From the NCBI GenBank assembly GCA_965112735.1, contig OZ218965.1:1674001-1738000 (forward strand): 64,000 nt of DNA. The letters run 5' to 3'. This document shows, one piece after another, positions 12,543-23,070 of the stretch. The notes below the pieces were generated by a model. That model did not search any database. It was not told the DNA's origin and saw only the letters and a program-made list of their open reading frames with translations. The DNA is from Phaeosaccion multiseriatum (taxonomy: Eukaryota; Protista; Ochrophyta, other classes). Within the stretch, counting starts at the first letter, position 1, and every line of letters starts with the position of its first letter. The position numbers were made by a program, and so were the translations under genes.

Positions 12543-15304
12543 CTACGGAAGGAGGTGGAAGCTTTTGGCTATCGTGGAGAGGGCCTGCTCCTTCGGCCCC
12601 GGCCAGAACCGTTCAGGGCAGAGCGTCGTGAGGGTGAGAATGTCATCGTCCTTGCTCGCGATGACTCCCACATTGTGCAAGAAGACGTTCCTATCCGTCT
12701 TGATGGTGTACTCAAACTGATAAACGAGGCCCCCTTCTCTCTCCTCCTCAAAAGCGTTGATGAGGTTCCACTCCTTGCCGGACCCCGGGGGGGCGATGGC
12801 AGTGGACAGGAGGATCTCGGCGGCTTTCCTGTGGGTCCGGTGCGGTGCAGTGTGTGGTGCGAGCAGGGCAGGGCAATCAATCGTGCAATCGTGCGGCGCG
12901 CAAGGGTTGGGTGGGAGGGCAAGATGGATGAATGTGACACAGCTAGGGTCAGAGGAGGGGAGCACATACATCGAGCGTGCGCGGGGGGTCTTCTCGTAGG
13001 TGCTATACTGCCTCCACTTCAGTTTCAGGTTCGGTTCGATGTACAGCACGTGTGGATCAACCCAAGTCAGGGCAGGCTCCTTCCTCCACGTGCGGCCTGT
13101 GTGATGATGCCACCCCCTGAATCCCCCTCTCTCTCCCCTTCCGTCTCTCTCTCCCTCCCTCCCTCCCCCTCTCCCCCCCCACCTCTCTCTCTCCCTCTCC
13201 TTCCCTCTACCGGATGTAACTCACGTAGGGTCCCCCAGAGTGCCTCTGAGTGAGAAGCCCTGCATGACCTTCGTCTTGATGACCGACACGTTCTCCCTGT
13301 AGTTGCCCCCTGGGGGGCCATATGCGGCGGAGGGCCGGACCTTGAGCTTACGCTGTACACAAAAAACACATGCACACACACACAGGGAGAGAGAGAGAGA
13401 GACACACACACACACACAGGGAGAGAGAGAGAGACACACACACACAGGGAGAGAGAGAGAGACGAACGACACATGCACACACACACACAGGGAGAGAGAG
13501 ACACACACACGAACGACACACGCACACACAAGCAACGGTGATCGTGCGGGTGGGGGAAGCATACGACAGTAGAGCGTGTATATGTGTGAGAGAGAGATAA
13601 GAGAGAAAGACGGAGAGAGTGAGAGACAGAGACAGAGAGAGAGACAGAGAGACAGAGAGAGAAAGGCAGGGCCACTTTCGGACTCGATTCTGAGTGCGGT
13701 CTGTGTACACCTTGAGTCGCATCCAAACAAGCAAAACAGGGGACAGCGTACCTGTTTGGCCACGTCTGTGGGGCTCACGGAGTCTGCAGAAGGCGCTCTA
13801 CCCAACTGAAGAGCCTGATCTCCGAGCCAATCCTTCGGGAACATAAACGTGTAACCGTCAGTCCTGCAGGCGATGGGGCAAAAGAGACAGGGACAAGCGA
13901 GTGGACGGACGCAGGAGAGCAGTAACACAGAGAGCAAAGAGCAAAGATGAGGGGGGGAGATTATGTTTCTCGCACTGGACGAAGGCACCTCCCAGCCAGC
14001 CTCCTTGCCTGCCTGCCTGCCTGCCTGCCTGCCTCACTTGCCTGTCTACGTGGCGCTTGTAACCGTCAATGGGGTACAGCACGTCGAGCTGTGCGGATCT
14101 GCCGAGCTCGCGCGTCTCCGGCGTCATTGACAACACCGATGAGGTCACTCCGAACAGGTTTCCCCCCAGCGCCACCATCAGGGCTGAGAGAGAGAGAGGA
14201 GGGAGGAGAGAGGGATAGCGAGAGAAGGACAAGTATAGAAAGCAGAACAACAAAGAGAGAAAGAGAACGCGGGAAAGCCCGGGTCGGGTCAAGATGTGGG
14301 GAGGGCATGGGAAGTATGTCTTGCTGCTTCGACGAGTAGCTCAGGGTGGCGGCCCAACGAACGTAAAGAAAGCCCATCCCCACACGCACCCACGCACCGA
14401 GAAAGCCGTACAGGATGAAGCGGCCCGGAGCTGCCCAGGAGTTGCGCCCCTTGTAGGACACTGTGTACCGCGTTGTCTCTATTGTGAAGCTCTCTTCGTC
14501 CGCCTTTGGCCGGCGGGAGTGAGTCAGCTCCTGCCAAGCGAGACGTTCGAACAAGTCAGAATGGGAGCAGGCAGTAGAGCATGGAATGGGTCAGGGTCAG
14601 CAGTAGCGGAGCGGGGTGCAGTGCTCCATGCAAAAGGACCGGACGGTGGGGGTGGGGAGAGGGGAACCCCTTGGACGGTGCTCTTTGTTTTAGAGACACA
14701 CTCACACACCCACTAGACGCCTTCACTTGTTCAGCCAGAAAGCAACACCAACTAGGCATGAGTCAGCTGGCTACTGGCGTACCTGAGAGAGGTTAATGGC
14801 GTCCTCACCGATCTCCTTGATAAACTCTGTGCCGAGCGCCAGATTGAGGTTCTCTCTTAGTTCACGGATGGCGAGCTGGGCCTTTTGATCGTAGATGCTC
14901 TCCCCAAAGTCTACCAATGCTTTCTTGGCCCTCTCGTCAAACTCGTTAAACTGGAAGCCGTCGTCAAAGGAAGCCCTTTGAGTCGTCAAAGTGGACGTCT
15001 CTCTCTCTTCCTCATTAGGGGCTTGCACCCTGCCTTGATACTGATCCTCCTCCTGCTGCTCCTGCTGCCGCTGCCGTCTGGCCTCCCCCCTTCCCTCCTT
15101 TCCCTCCCCTGCCGCCATGTACGTCCTCCTCCGACTGCGATGCCGCAGGGTGGCCGGGCCTCGGCAGGACCGAGCAGGATGATAAGAGGAAGAGCAAGGC
15201 GCTGCCGAAAAAGAGAATGCATCAGCCTGCTTCGCCAGAAGGAGGAGTGCCTGGAGCAGGATCCCGGCCGATGCCAGAGAGGATGCTGCTCGCACCATTA
15301 TCAT
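12543..15304 (-). CDS. PsbP-domain protein (PPD7-like), plastid/thylakoid-targeted, multi-exon
   Basis: Signal peptide ...LLLLAKQADA-FSF; VALGGNLFGVTS...LDVLYPIDGYKR; YTFMFPKDWLGDQ; AAYGPPGG..ENVSVI; YQFEYTI...LTLTTLCPE...IAKSFHLLP*. Confidence 0.85.
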
Positions 15305-15443
15305 TGATATATCTCTCGTCCTCGCTCGGCCGAAGAGGCGCGCAGCGGCGTTCGCAACAGATGGCAAAGGGAGAGCACCAACAGGCAAAGAAAGATACAC
15401 TCTCTGATTCCTCCTTCCTTTCGTCCTTCTGGCGACATAGACG
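15305..15443. promoter_or_regulatory. Very short divergent (bidirectional) promoter region
   Basis: 139 bp between head-to-head ATGs at 15304 (-) and 15444 (+). Confidence 0.5.
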
Positions 15444-17018
15444 ATGATTGAAAGTGATGTAGCACATAACGGAACGGTTATGGTGGTGAGTCCCTCAAGG
15501 CCTCTCTTTTAAGGAGGAACCGCCCGGTCAACCGGCTTCCTCCTCCCCCTCCAACCTCTTTCTCCATTTCCCCCTTTCCCCCCCTCAGGCGGTGCTCATT
15601 TACTGCGTCAGTGCGGTAGCCCTTGGCGATTTCCTCGTGGGTAGGAAAGCCCTATCCAAAGATGTGTCCCGAAAGATGGTGCACATCGCAGCAGGTGGGC
15701 AACTTTCAACTTTCCTCTTACAGGGTGTGTAGGAGGAACGAAGAGGCAGTATTTCCAGCCCGGTTTGCGCTTCGCGAGGAGTTAATTGCCCCCTTTCCTT
15801 CTATTGGCGCGGGCAGGCTGTTGGCTGCTGTGGTGGCCACTTTTCCGCTCCTCTCACTGGTCGTGGAGGCTCAACGCTGGAGGTGCGTAAGGTGTGAGGT
15901 CCCTCATCTCCTCCTCCTCTCTACCACATGGTGCTATTAAGACCATCAACCTGGGGTGCTTGCCTTTTCAATCTGGGATGCCTTCTACCGGCGGAGGGAA
16001 AGTAATGTCAGCCCTCCTTCCTCCTGTTGTTGCTGCTGCTGCTCTCCTTCTCATTAGCGCCTCTGATATTTGCGGTCAAGCTGCTCGCGAAGGGCTTGTT
16101 GGGGGTGTCGGACCCCAAGAGCGATCCTGACGTGGCCGCCATGACTCGGACAGGCGACCCCAAGGAGCTCCTGGCGGGGCCGCTCTACTTTGCGCTGGTC
16201 ATGGCGGCCGTGGGGCTGCTCCTCTTTCGGGACGAGAGGGCGTTCTTCATCATGGCTTGCCTGGGCTTCGGAGATGGCTTGGCTCCACTGGCAGGGTGAG
16301 GGAGACTGAAGGGGGAGACTAATCCTAGAGTCCAGGAGATGTTGGGTGCATATCCTAATCCTGTCCGTCCCTACGTGGCGCGAGTGTACTACGCACAATG
16401 GCCTGAGGAGCGAGGGCGGGAAGGGGGGGGGAGGGCTAAGGCGTTAGGGAGGGTTCTGTTCTGTTCTGTTCTGTTCTGTTCTGTCCCTCCCTTTTTCCGA
16501 AACACGCAGAGCATAGAGGTCTGTCCACTCGGCTTCGAACACTCACACCTCCCCGCCCTCTCTGGCACAACTGCGATTGCGGTGGTGCCCTGCCCTGCTC
16601 ACTCCTTCTCCACTCCGCGCCCCTCTCTGCACAGCTCGCGCTTCGGGGCCAAGTCCTACAGCTTCCGCTTCCTCGGCCGGCCCAAGACGCTGGCGGGGTC
16701 GCTGGCCTGCTTTGTTGGCTCCGTGGGCGGCATGTATCTGTTCAGTGCCCTCGGGCACGTGCCAAGCCTCGAGTGGCAGACGGCCGTAGGGACAGCTGCT
16801 CTGGCAACGGCGGTGAGTCGGGGAAGAGAGAAGGAAGGGAGGGAGCGAAGTGACACACAGTTTATGGCGAGTATGAATCGCTCCTTCGTGACCTGACTTG
16901 GTGACTCTCTCTCTTGTCCCGTGCGCAGGTGGAGGCCGTAGCCCCGAGCGACTGGGACAATGTGCTCATTCCACTGTCTGTGTTCGGCTTCTTAACGTAC
17001 GGACTCGGCAGTCCTTGA
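15444..17018 (+). CDS. Phytol/farnesol kinase-like (VTE5/FOLK, CTP-dependent polyprenol kinase family), complete copy, 6 exons
   Basis: MIESDVAHNGTVMV|AVLIYC...SKDVSRKMVHIAAG|CWLLWWPLF...|TRTGDPKELLAGPLYF...GFGDGLAPLAG|...KTLAGSLACF|VEAVAPSDWDNVLIPL...*; all introns GT-AG. Confidence 0.88.
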
Positions 17019-19138
17019 TTTCGTTCCCTTGCATGTACGACGGAGCGAGCGAGGGCGGAGGATGGCGGAGCCAGTGCTTGACAGCAGCTCACTCGGGACG
17101 CGTGGTCGTCTTATCGCTTGCGGCTTCGTTGTGGGCGAGGTTGTTTGACTGCCGCACGGGACTGTGCTCGCCGGTCATGGCCATTTGAGAGCAAGTGCTA
17201 TGGATACCGATTCACCTCTTTTGTCAAGAGTGGAGCAGCTGCGAGCGTCCTTGCCCGCCCCCTGCGCCGCCTCAGCCGAGAAGAGCTTTACTCAAGGGGA
17301 GGGCGAGATGGGTGACGAGACAGTAGAGGATTCATCTGGAAGAAGAAGAGAAGGGTGCCGTGCAGACTGAATCCAGAATCCGGAGCTGCGCACCACGCGG
17401 GAAAGCATACAGCGGTGAGAAATGGATGAATGCGATGGAGGGCCTCTCCTCCTTACACGGCGTGTCTCTCAGCAAAGTGCATGTGCGCGCGCGTGGAGTA
17501 AGAGGGAGCCCTCTCGCTCAACTTGACTCGTGGGTGCGTGCGTGTGCCCTTCGGCTCCATTGCTGGCTGCTTGCCCTGACACCCCCCGGCACACCCCAAG
17601 CCTCGGCCAAGCCTCTACCAGTGAAGCAGCAGACGGCAGGTGGGTCCAGAGCTGAAGAGAAGAAGCACACACTTAGCACCTACCAGTGATCCAGAGCTGA
17701 AGAGAGAGAGAGAGAGAGGATTTTTTTTTCCCTGAGGAGGGGTACGTAGCTATCGTAATAAACTCTGTATTTTTTTGGTTCTTTACACTACTGAGTGAAT
17801 CAGTTCTTTACACTACTGCACGAATCAGCCTCTGGTTGGGTTGGTTACGGGGGCAGACCCGCAGCAGCCTGTGCAGCTGCGTGGACCTCGCCCCCCCTCC
17901 TCCAACAATATTATACTCATCCCTTTTTTCCTCCTTCTACACTTACTTCCATACCCAATACGCGTACTCTCAAAGCGCAAGCAATAGAGCGGTGGTTGAC
18001 TTAACTCCGCCCCCTCTCTTTTGCTTGACGCTTGACTCGCTGCTGCTCCTCGCCCCCGCCCCCCCCGATTTTTTCTCTCTGATCCCCTTTCTACAAACTT
18101 AACCATACTTAAAAATGTACCTACTATACCAGAACGCGTGTCTCGTATGTGGCGGTCCTCGCTCCTTCCCGCCTCTTTTCCTTGTTGAACTCGACCAGTC
18201 GCCGATCGATCCAGAGTGTGCCGCAAAGCAACGCACGTAGAAGAGAAGAGAGAAGGAGGAGGAGGGCGACTCGGAGAGCCTCGGACCCGAAGGTCCTTCC
18301 CTCTCTTCGCTCTCCACTCGGGCTGCCACGCATTCACGCGAAACCGCCCCCCCTCTCCCGCCTCTCTCACGAGTTGAACATTCCACGTGGAACATTCGAT
18401 GCAGGCCGTAGCTACCGAGGAATCCCCCCCCTCCAGCCATCCAGTAGTGGGGGACGCGGTGTCGACTCGGTAGTAGCTCTTGGCCTTACTGTCGTCGCGG
18501 CGCCGCCTCAGAGCTCCAGCTCGAACACTTCCTCCGATCCACCAGTTGAAGGTGCACCAGGTGCTGAGGTGGAGCACCTGCTGCTGTTGTTGGTCGCGGC
18601 CATGGAGTGGAAGATGTGATCGTCCTCCTCGAGAAACACGCGGCGTAGCTCCGGAAGTGTGATCCGCTGCAGCTGCGAGGAGGGGAGGCGGGAGCTCACC
18701 AGCCTAAGAAACATGAGAAACCCACACTGCTCTTGCTCCCGCCGCAGGAATTCCTCCTCGATCAATCTCTGCTTCTCTTCCGCAATGGACCAAGCCGAGT
18801 TTCCCGCGCTCGATGGTAGCCCCCCCCTTCTCGCCCCGCGAGGCACCTTGACCGAAGGCGACCGTGGCGAAGGTGAGAGTGCCATGGCTGTGGCGCGGGA
18901 ATAAACGAGGTCAAAGCGTTCGCTTTACTTTTGCCGCCGGTTCGGCCCTGCCTGCTCAGTGCTCCGCTGCTCCTGCGTCGCTAAATAGGTCTGTAGTCCT
19001 CCGTCCCTGCGATCTCTAGCGTGCTCGTTTGGCTCTCAATGCTGTAGCCATGAAAACGATGAGGGTGAGAGATGAACAAAAGAAAGGGGGGGGGGGGGAA
19101 GTGCAAATGCCTGTAAACCCCTAATTTTTCCATTTGAC
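15625..19138 (+). repeat. Segmental duplication copy 1 (~3.5 kb)
   Basis: Colinear with 21666-25272 from GGCGATTTCCTCGTGGG to TTTTCCATWTGAC. Confidence 0.95.
18508..19051 (-). pseudogene. Hypothetical gene copy 1; putative first exon frameshifted
   Basis: ORF 18885-18508 is shared with copy 2. The upstream ATG at 19051 reaches a stop after 11 codons because of one extra A. Confidence 0.35.
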
Positions 19139-21665
19139 AACGAAAGAAATTTTTTTTCCTTCTTATCCTTCCTTATGGTAGTCGATGGAGCGACTTTTTC
19201 CCTACGCCAGCACTATGAACTGCTGACTATGAAGCCGATTCTTCAGCAGGGGGCTATGCTGACAAGGGACTTGAGGCGGCCTGCGCCTGGGGAGGAGTTC
19301 AACAACTCCCTCTTAGAGCCACAGCTGACGTGCCCATCGCCAGGACAGCTCGAGCAGCAGAGGCGGCTGAGAGAGGGGCGTGTGCCTTTGGTAGCAGCAA
19401 CTGCTGCGGCTGCGGCTGCGAGTAGCGCCGAGGCGTGCACCCTGCGGGAGCAAGTCTCTTCCCTCTCTTCGGAGGGAGGAAGCGTGCCTGATAGCGGTGC
19501 CAGTGGTCAACCGGCCGCACTTCCCGATGAACCACGGCAGAGGGCCTTGAAGATGGGCAAGAAGTGCGGGCATTATCAGAATGCTAAGAGGGGTGGCGTG
19601 AGCGTGCACACAGAAGGGACGAAGAAGACTTGCGCCGTGCCCGATGCCGAGAAGCGGCCCAGGAAGCGCAATCGCAAGGGCGAGCTCATTCCAGAGAGCC
19701 AGTCCGCCAGAAAGATGTATGGTGGGGCTTGTGGATGTGATTTTTGCAGTTCATTCGCAACTTCTGGGCCTTAGGGAAGCCAAGAATGTAAATAAAGGGG
19801 GGGCAAAGCTCTTTGTATGTTGTTCATCCACCAGCTAGTCGCCAGTTGTGGTAGGGGAATTTTTATTTTAATTGGCTGGCCCTTCGGGCCAGCCATATTA
19901 GATTAGATCCCTTTAGCACGATATTCCCCCTCATTAAGAGGGTCAACGCTGCTTAAAGGACCACAACTGCTCCATTCCAGCAGCAGTAATGGCTTGGTGA
20001 AGGCTTGCTCATGGCAGGAAGGTGGCAGGGCTGGTAGTAGCAGCAGCAGTCAAGCAAAAAAAAAAACATACCAGCAAGCAGCAGAGACAAATGGAGGAGA
20101 ATGAAGAAGCTGCAGCGGGGCAGCACAAAAGGAAGGAACAGCAACCTGGGTGACAGTCCTGAAGAGATTTCTGGCGCTCAGGGCTCTGAGAATACGAGTG
20201 GAAAGGCCGCAGGAGCGCATGACGACGATGGCCGTGGTTGGGACGACGAGACTTGGACGCAAGCCGTTGCTCTGGCAGATGGAGCAGCTGCGGCGGCACA
20301 ACCAGCGACCGCTTCGAAACCGGGCACTCAAGCGGCAGTGGAGACTGAGCTTGCGACCATCGCCGCAGCACAGGAGGAGACACGGTGAACCAATTGCAGA
20401 CAGCTAAGCAGAGATTGAAAATCGAGAAGGCGGCTGTAGAAGATGCTTACAAAGTTCGAGGAGGACGAGGCCGGCCTCTGAAGGGAATAAACGAGAAACT
20501 GCGGTTGAATGGTGCAGCTATGAAAGGAATTGATGAGGATTTCCTTCTCCCAGCGGGCTGTGACATGTCTTCGAGCGCAGGCAGGGTAGATGGTGCAAGT
20601 GATGACCACTTCGTAGGGTTTTCTTCGCCGCCCCTTGGTCGCACGTCTAAGCGGTACGTTCTCAATTATCTCCTCTTCTTTCTTGATGCCTGGCTGCTCT
20701 TGTCCACGCCCCCCGCCCACTCTCGGGCCGCCCTTTCTGAACATACCTTGACACACTTTAATCCCCCTGTTGTTCTCGCCCCCTTTTTACATCTTTTTTT
20801 GTGTGAACAGGGGTGAGAAAGACGAGGATGAGGACGAGGAGGATGGAAATACGGGCGACAAGGGGGGCGGTGGTGCTGGGGGGGGGTTTGGGAAGAAGAA
20901 TAGACCACCAGCGCAGACTGAGTTCATCCAAGTCGCACTCGAGGCGGCAAGGGATCCAAAGGAAGGGTTGCCTACCTGGCAAACTCCATACTACAGGGCC
21001 TCGACGCCAAGCCGCCAGTCTCAAGTGGGAGGGTATGCCCAACGAGACGTTTGTCTGTTCCCCCCCCCCCCACCTCTTCCACAACCTTGAAGAGGACCAG
21101 CAGCAGCCTCTTTGCGCATGGGATGCATCGTCAGAGTGTGTACAAGCTTATGGGTGGACGTCGCCGCAGCGGGCTGTGTCTGTCACCAGCCTCGAGCAGG
21201 AGGAGGAGGGGAGGGGGGGGAGAGGAGGAGGAGGAGGACCATCATCATCAGCAGAAAGAGAATCACAAGGAGGAGGAGGGGGGGGGGAAGCAGGGGGAGA
21301 ATCAGCTGTGGGAGGAGGAGGAGGAGGAGGAGGAGGAGGAGGAGGAGGAGGAACAGCAGGAGTAGGAGTAGCAGGTGGTGCTGCTGCTGGAGAAGACGGG
21401 GGGGGGGGGGGGGGGGCAAGAGATGCAGGTGCTGCTGAGGCTGGAGAAGGAGGGGGGGAAGGAGGAGGAGGAGGAGGAGGAGGAGGAGGTGTAACAGGAG
21501 GAGGGGGAGGAGGAGCAGCAGCAGCAGCAGCCACCGCAGCACTGTGGCCGGCACGGGGAGGATCGGGAGCAGGAGCATCTGTTGCGCCTGCAGAGGCTGC
21601 TGCTGCAGAGGGTGGTGTGGAGGAGGTGAGAGTACTCACGAGAGGCAGCTATGGAAGAGGAGGGA
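19139..21665 (+). mobile_element. Degenerate, circularly permuted DNA-transposon-like insert (3' part, joined ends, 5' part)
   Basis: Unique sequence between the duplicated blocks. ORF 19175-19774 ends in a Cys/His cluster (CGHY..H..C...CGCDFC) followed by AATAAA. Nested inverted repeats are centred on 19884. A frameshifted N-terminal-like coding region runs from 20091 to about 21200. Confidence 0.55.
21200..21630. repeat. Low-complexity (GAG/GGA/GCA)n tract
   Basis: Poly-GGA/GAG and G runs. Confidence 0.9.
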
Positions 21666-23070
21666 GGCGATTTCCTCGTGGGTAGGAAAGCCCTATCCAA
21701 AGATGTGTCCCGAAAGATGGTGCACATCGCAGCAGGTCGGCAACTTTCAACTTTCCTCTTACAGGGTGTGTAGGAGGAAGGAAGAGGCAGTATTTCCAGC
21801 CCGGTTTGCGCTTCGCGAGGAGTTAATTGCCCCCTTTCCTTCTATTGGCGCGGGCAGGCTGTTGGCTGCTGTGGTGGCCGCTTTCCCGCTCCTCTCACTG
21901 GTCGTGGAGGCTCAACGCTGGAGGTGCGTAAGGCGTGAGGTCCCTCTTCTCCTCCTCCTCTCTACCACATGGTGCTATTAAGACGATCAACCTGGGGTGC
22001 TTGCCTTTTCAATCTGGGATGCCTTCTACCGGCGGAAGGAAAGTAATGTCAGCCCTCCTTCCTGCTGTTGCTGCTGCTGCTCTCTTTCTCATTAGCGCCT
22101 CTGATATTTGCGGTCAAGCTGCTCGCGAAGGGCTTGTTGGGGGTGTCGGACCCCAAGAGCGATCCTGACGTGGCCGCCATGACTCGGACAGGCGACCCCA
22201 AGGAGCTACTGGCGGGGCCGCTATACTTTGCGCTGGTCATGGCGGCCGTGGGGCTGCTCCTCTTTCGGGACGAGAGGGCGTTCTTCATCATGGCTTGCCT
22301 GGGCTTCGGAGATGGCTTGGCTCCACTGGCAGGGTGAGGGAGACTGAAGGGGGAGACTAATCCTAGAGTCCAGGAGATGTTGGGTGCATATCCTAATCCT
22401 GTCCATCCCTACGTGGCGCGAGTGTACTACGCACAATGGCCTGAGGAGCGATGGCGGGAAGGGGGGGGCGGGGAGGGCTAAGGCGTTAGGGGTGGTTCTG
22501 TTCTGTTCGGTTCTGTCCCTCCCTTTTTCCGAAACACGCAGAGCATAGAGGGGGTGAAAGGGACTGCGCGGTCTGTGCACTCGGCTTCGAACACTCACAC
22601 CTCCCCGCCCTCTCTGGCACAACTGCGATTGCGGTGGTGCCCTGCCCTGCTCACTCCTTCTCCACTCCGCGCCCCTCTCTGCACAGCTCGCGCTTCGGGG
22701 CCAAGTCCTACAGCTTCCGCTTCCTCGGCCGGCCCAAGACGCTGGCGGGGTCGCTGGCCTGCTTTGTTGGCTCCGTGGGCGGCATGTATCTGTTCAGTGC
22801 CCTCGGGCACGTGCCAAGCCTCGAGTGGCAGACGGCCGTAGGGACAGCTGCTCTGGCAACGGCGGTGAGTCGGGGAAGAGAGAAGGAAGGGAGGGAGCGA
22901 AGTGACACACAGTTTATGGCGAGTATGAATCGCTCCTTCGTGACCTGACTTGGTGACTCTCTCTCCTGTCCCGTGCGCAGGTGGATGCCGTAGCCCCGAG
23001 CGACTGGGACAATGTGCTCATTCCACTGTCTGTGTTCGGCTTCTTAACGTACGGACTCGGCAGTCCTTGA
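21651..23070 (+). CDS. 5'-truncated duplicate of the phytol/farnesol kinase with a new in-frame ATG; possibly a pseudogene
   Basis: Lacks exon 1 and the start of exon 2. ATG at 21651 gives MEEEG-GDFLVGRK.... Remaining exons are intact, with F>S and VEA>VDA substitutions. Confidence 0.6.

Noticed and set aside
19873-19895. Rho-independent terminator or U6 snRNA 5' stem
   Set aside because: No downstream U-tract on either strand and no U6 ACAGAGA core; the symmetric outer repeats fit an end junction better.
19922-19932. TATTCCCCCTC shared with the MITE flank at 5923-5933
   Set aside because: An 11-bp low-complexity match is compatible with chance.
20813-21727. Gly/Pro/Leu/Ser-rich ORFs in several frames
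   Set aside because: Products of a trinucleotide low-complexity tract.
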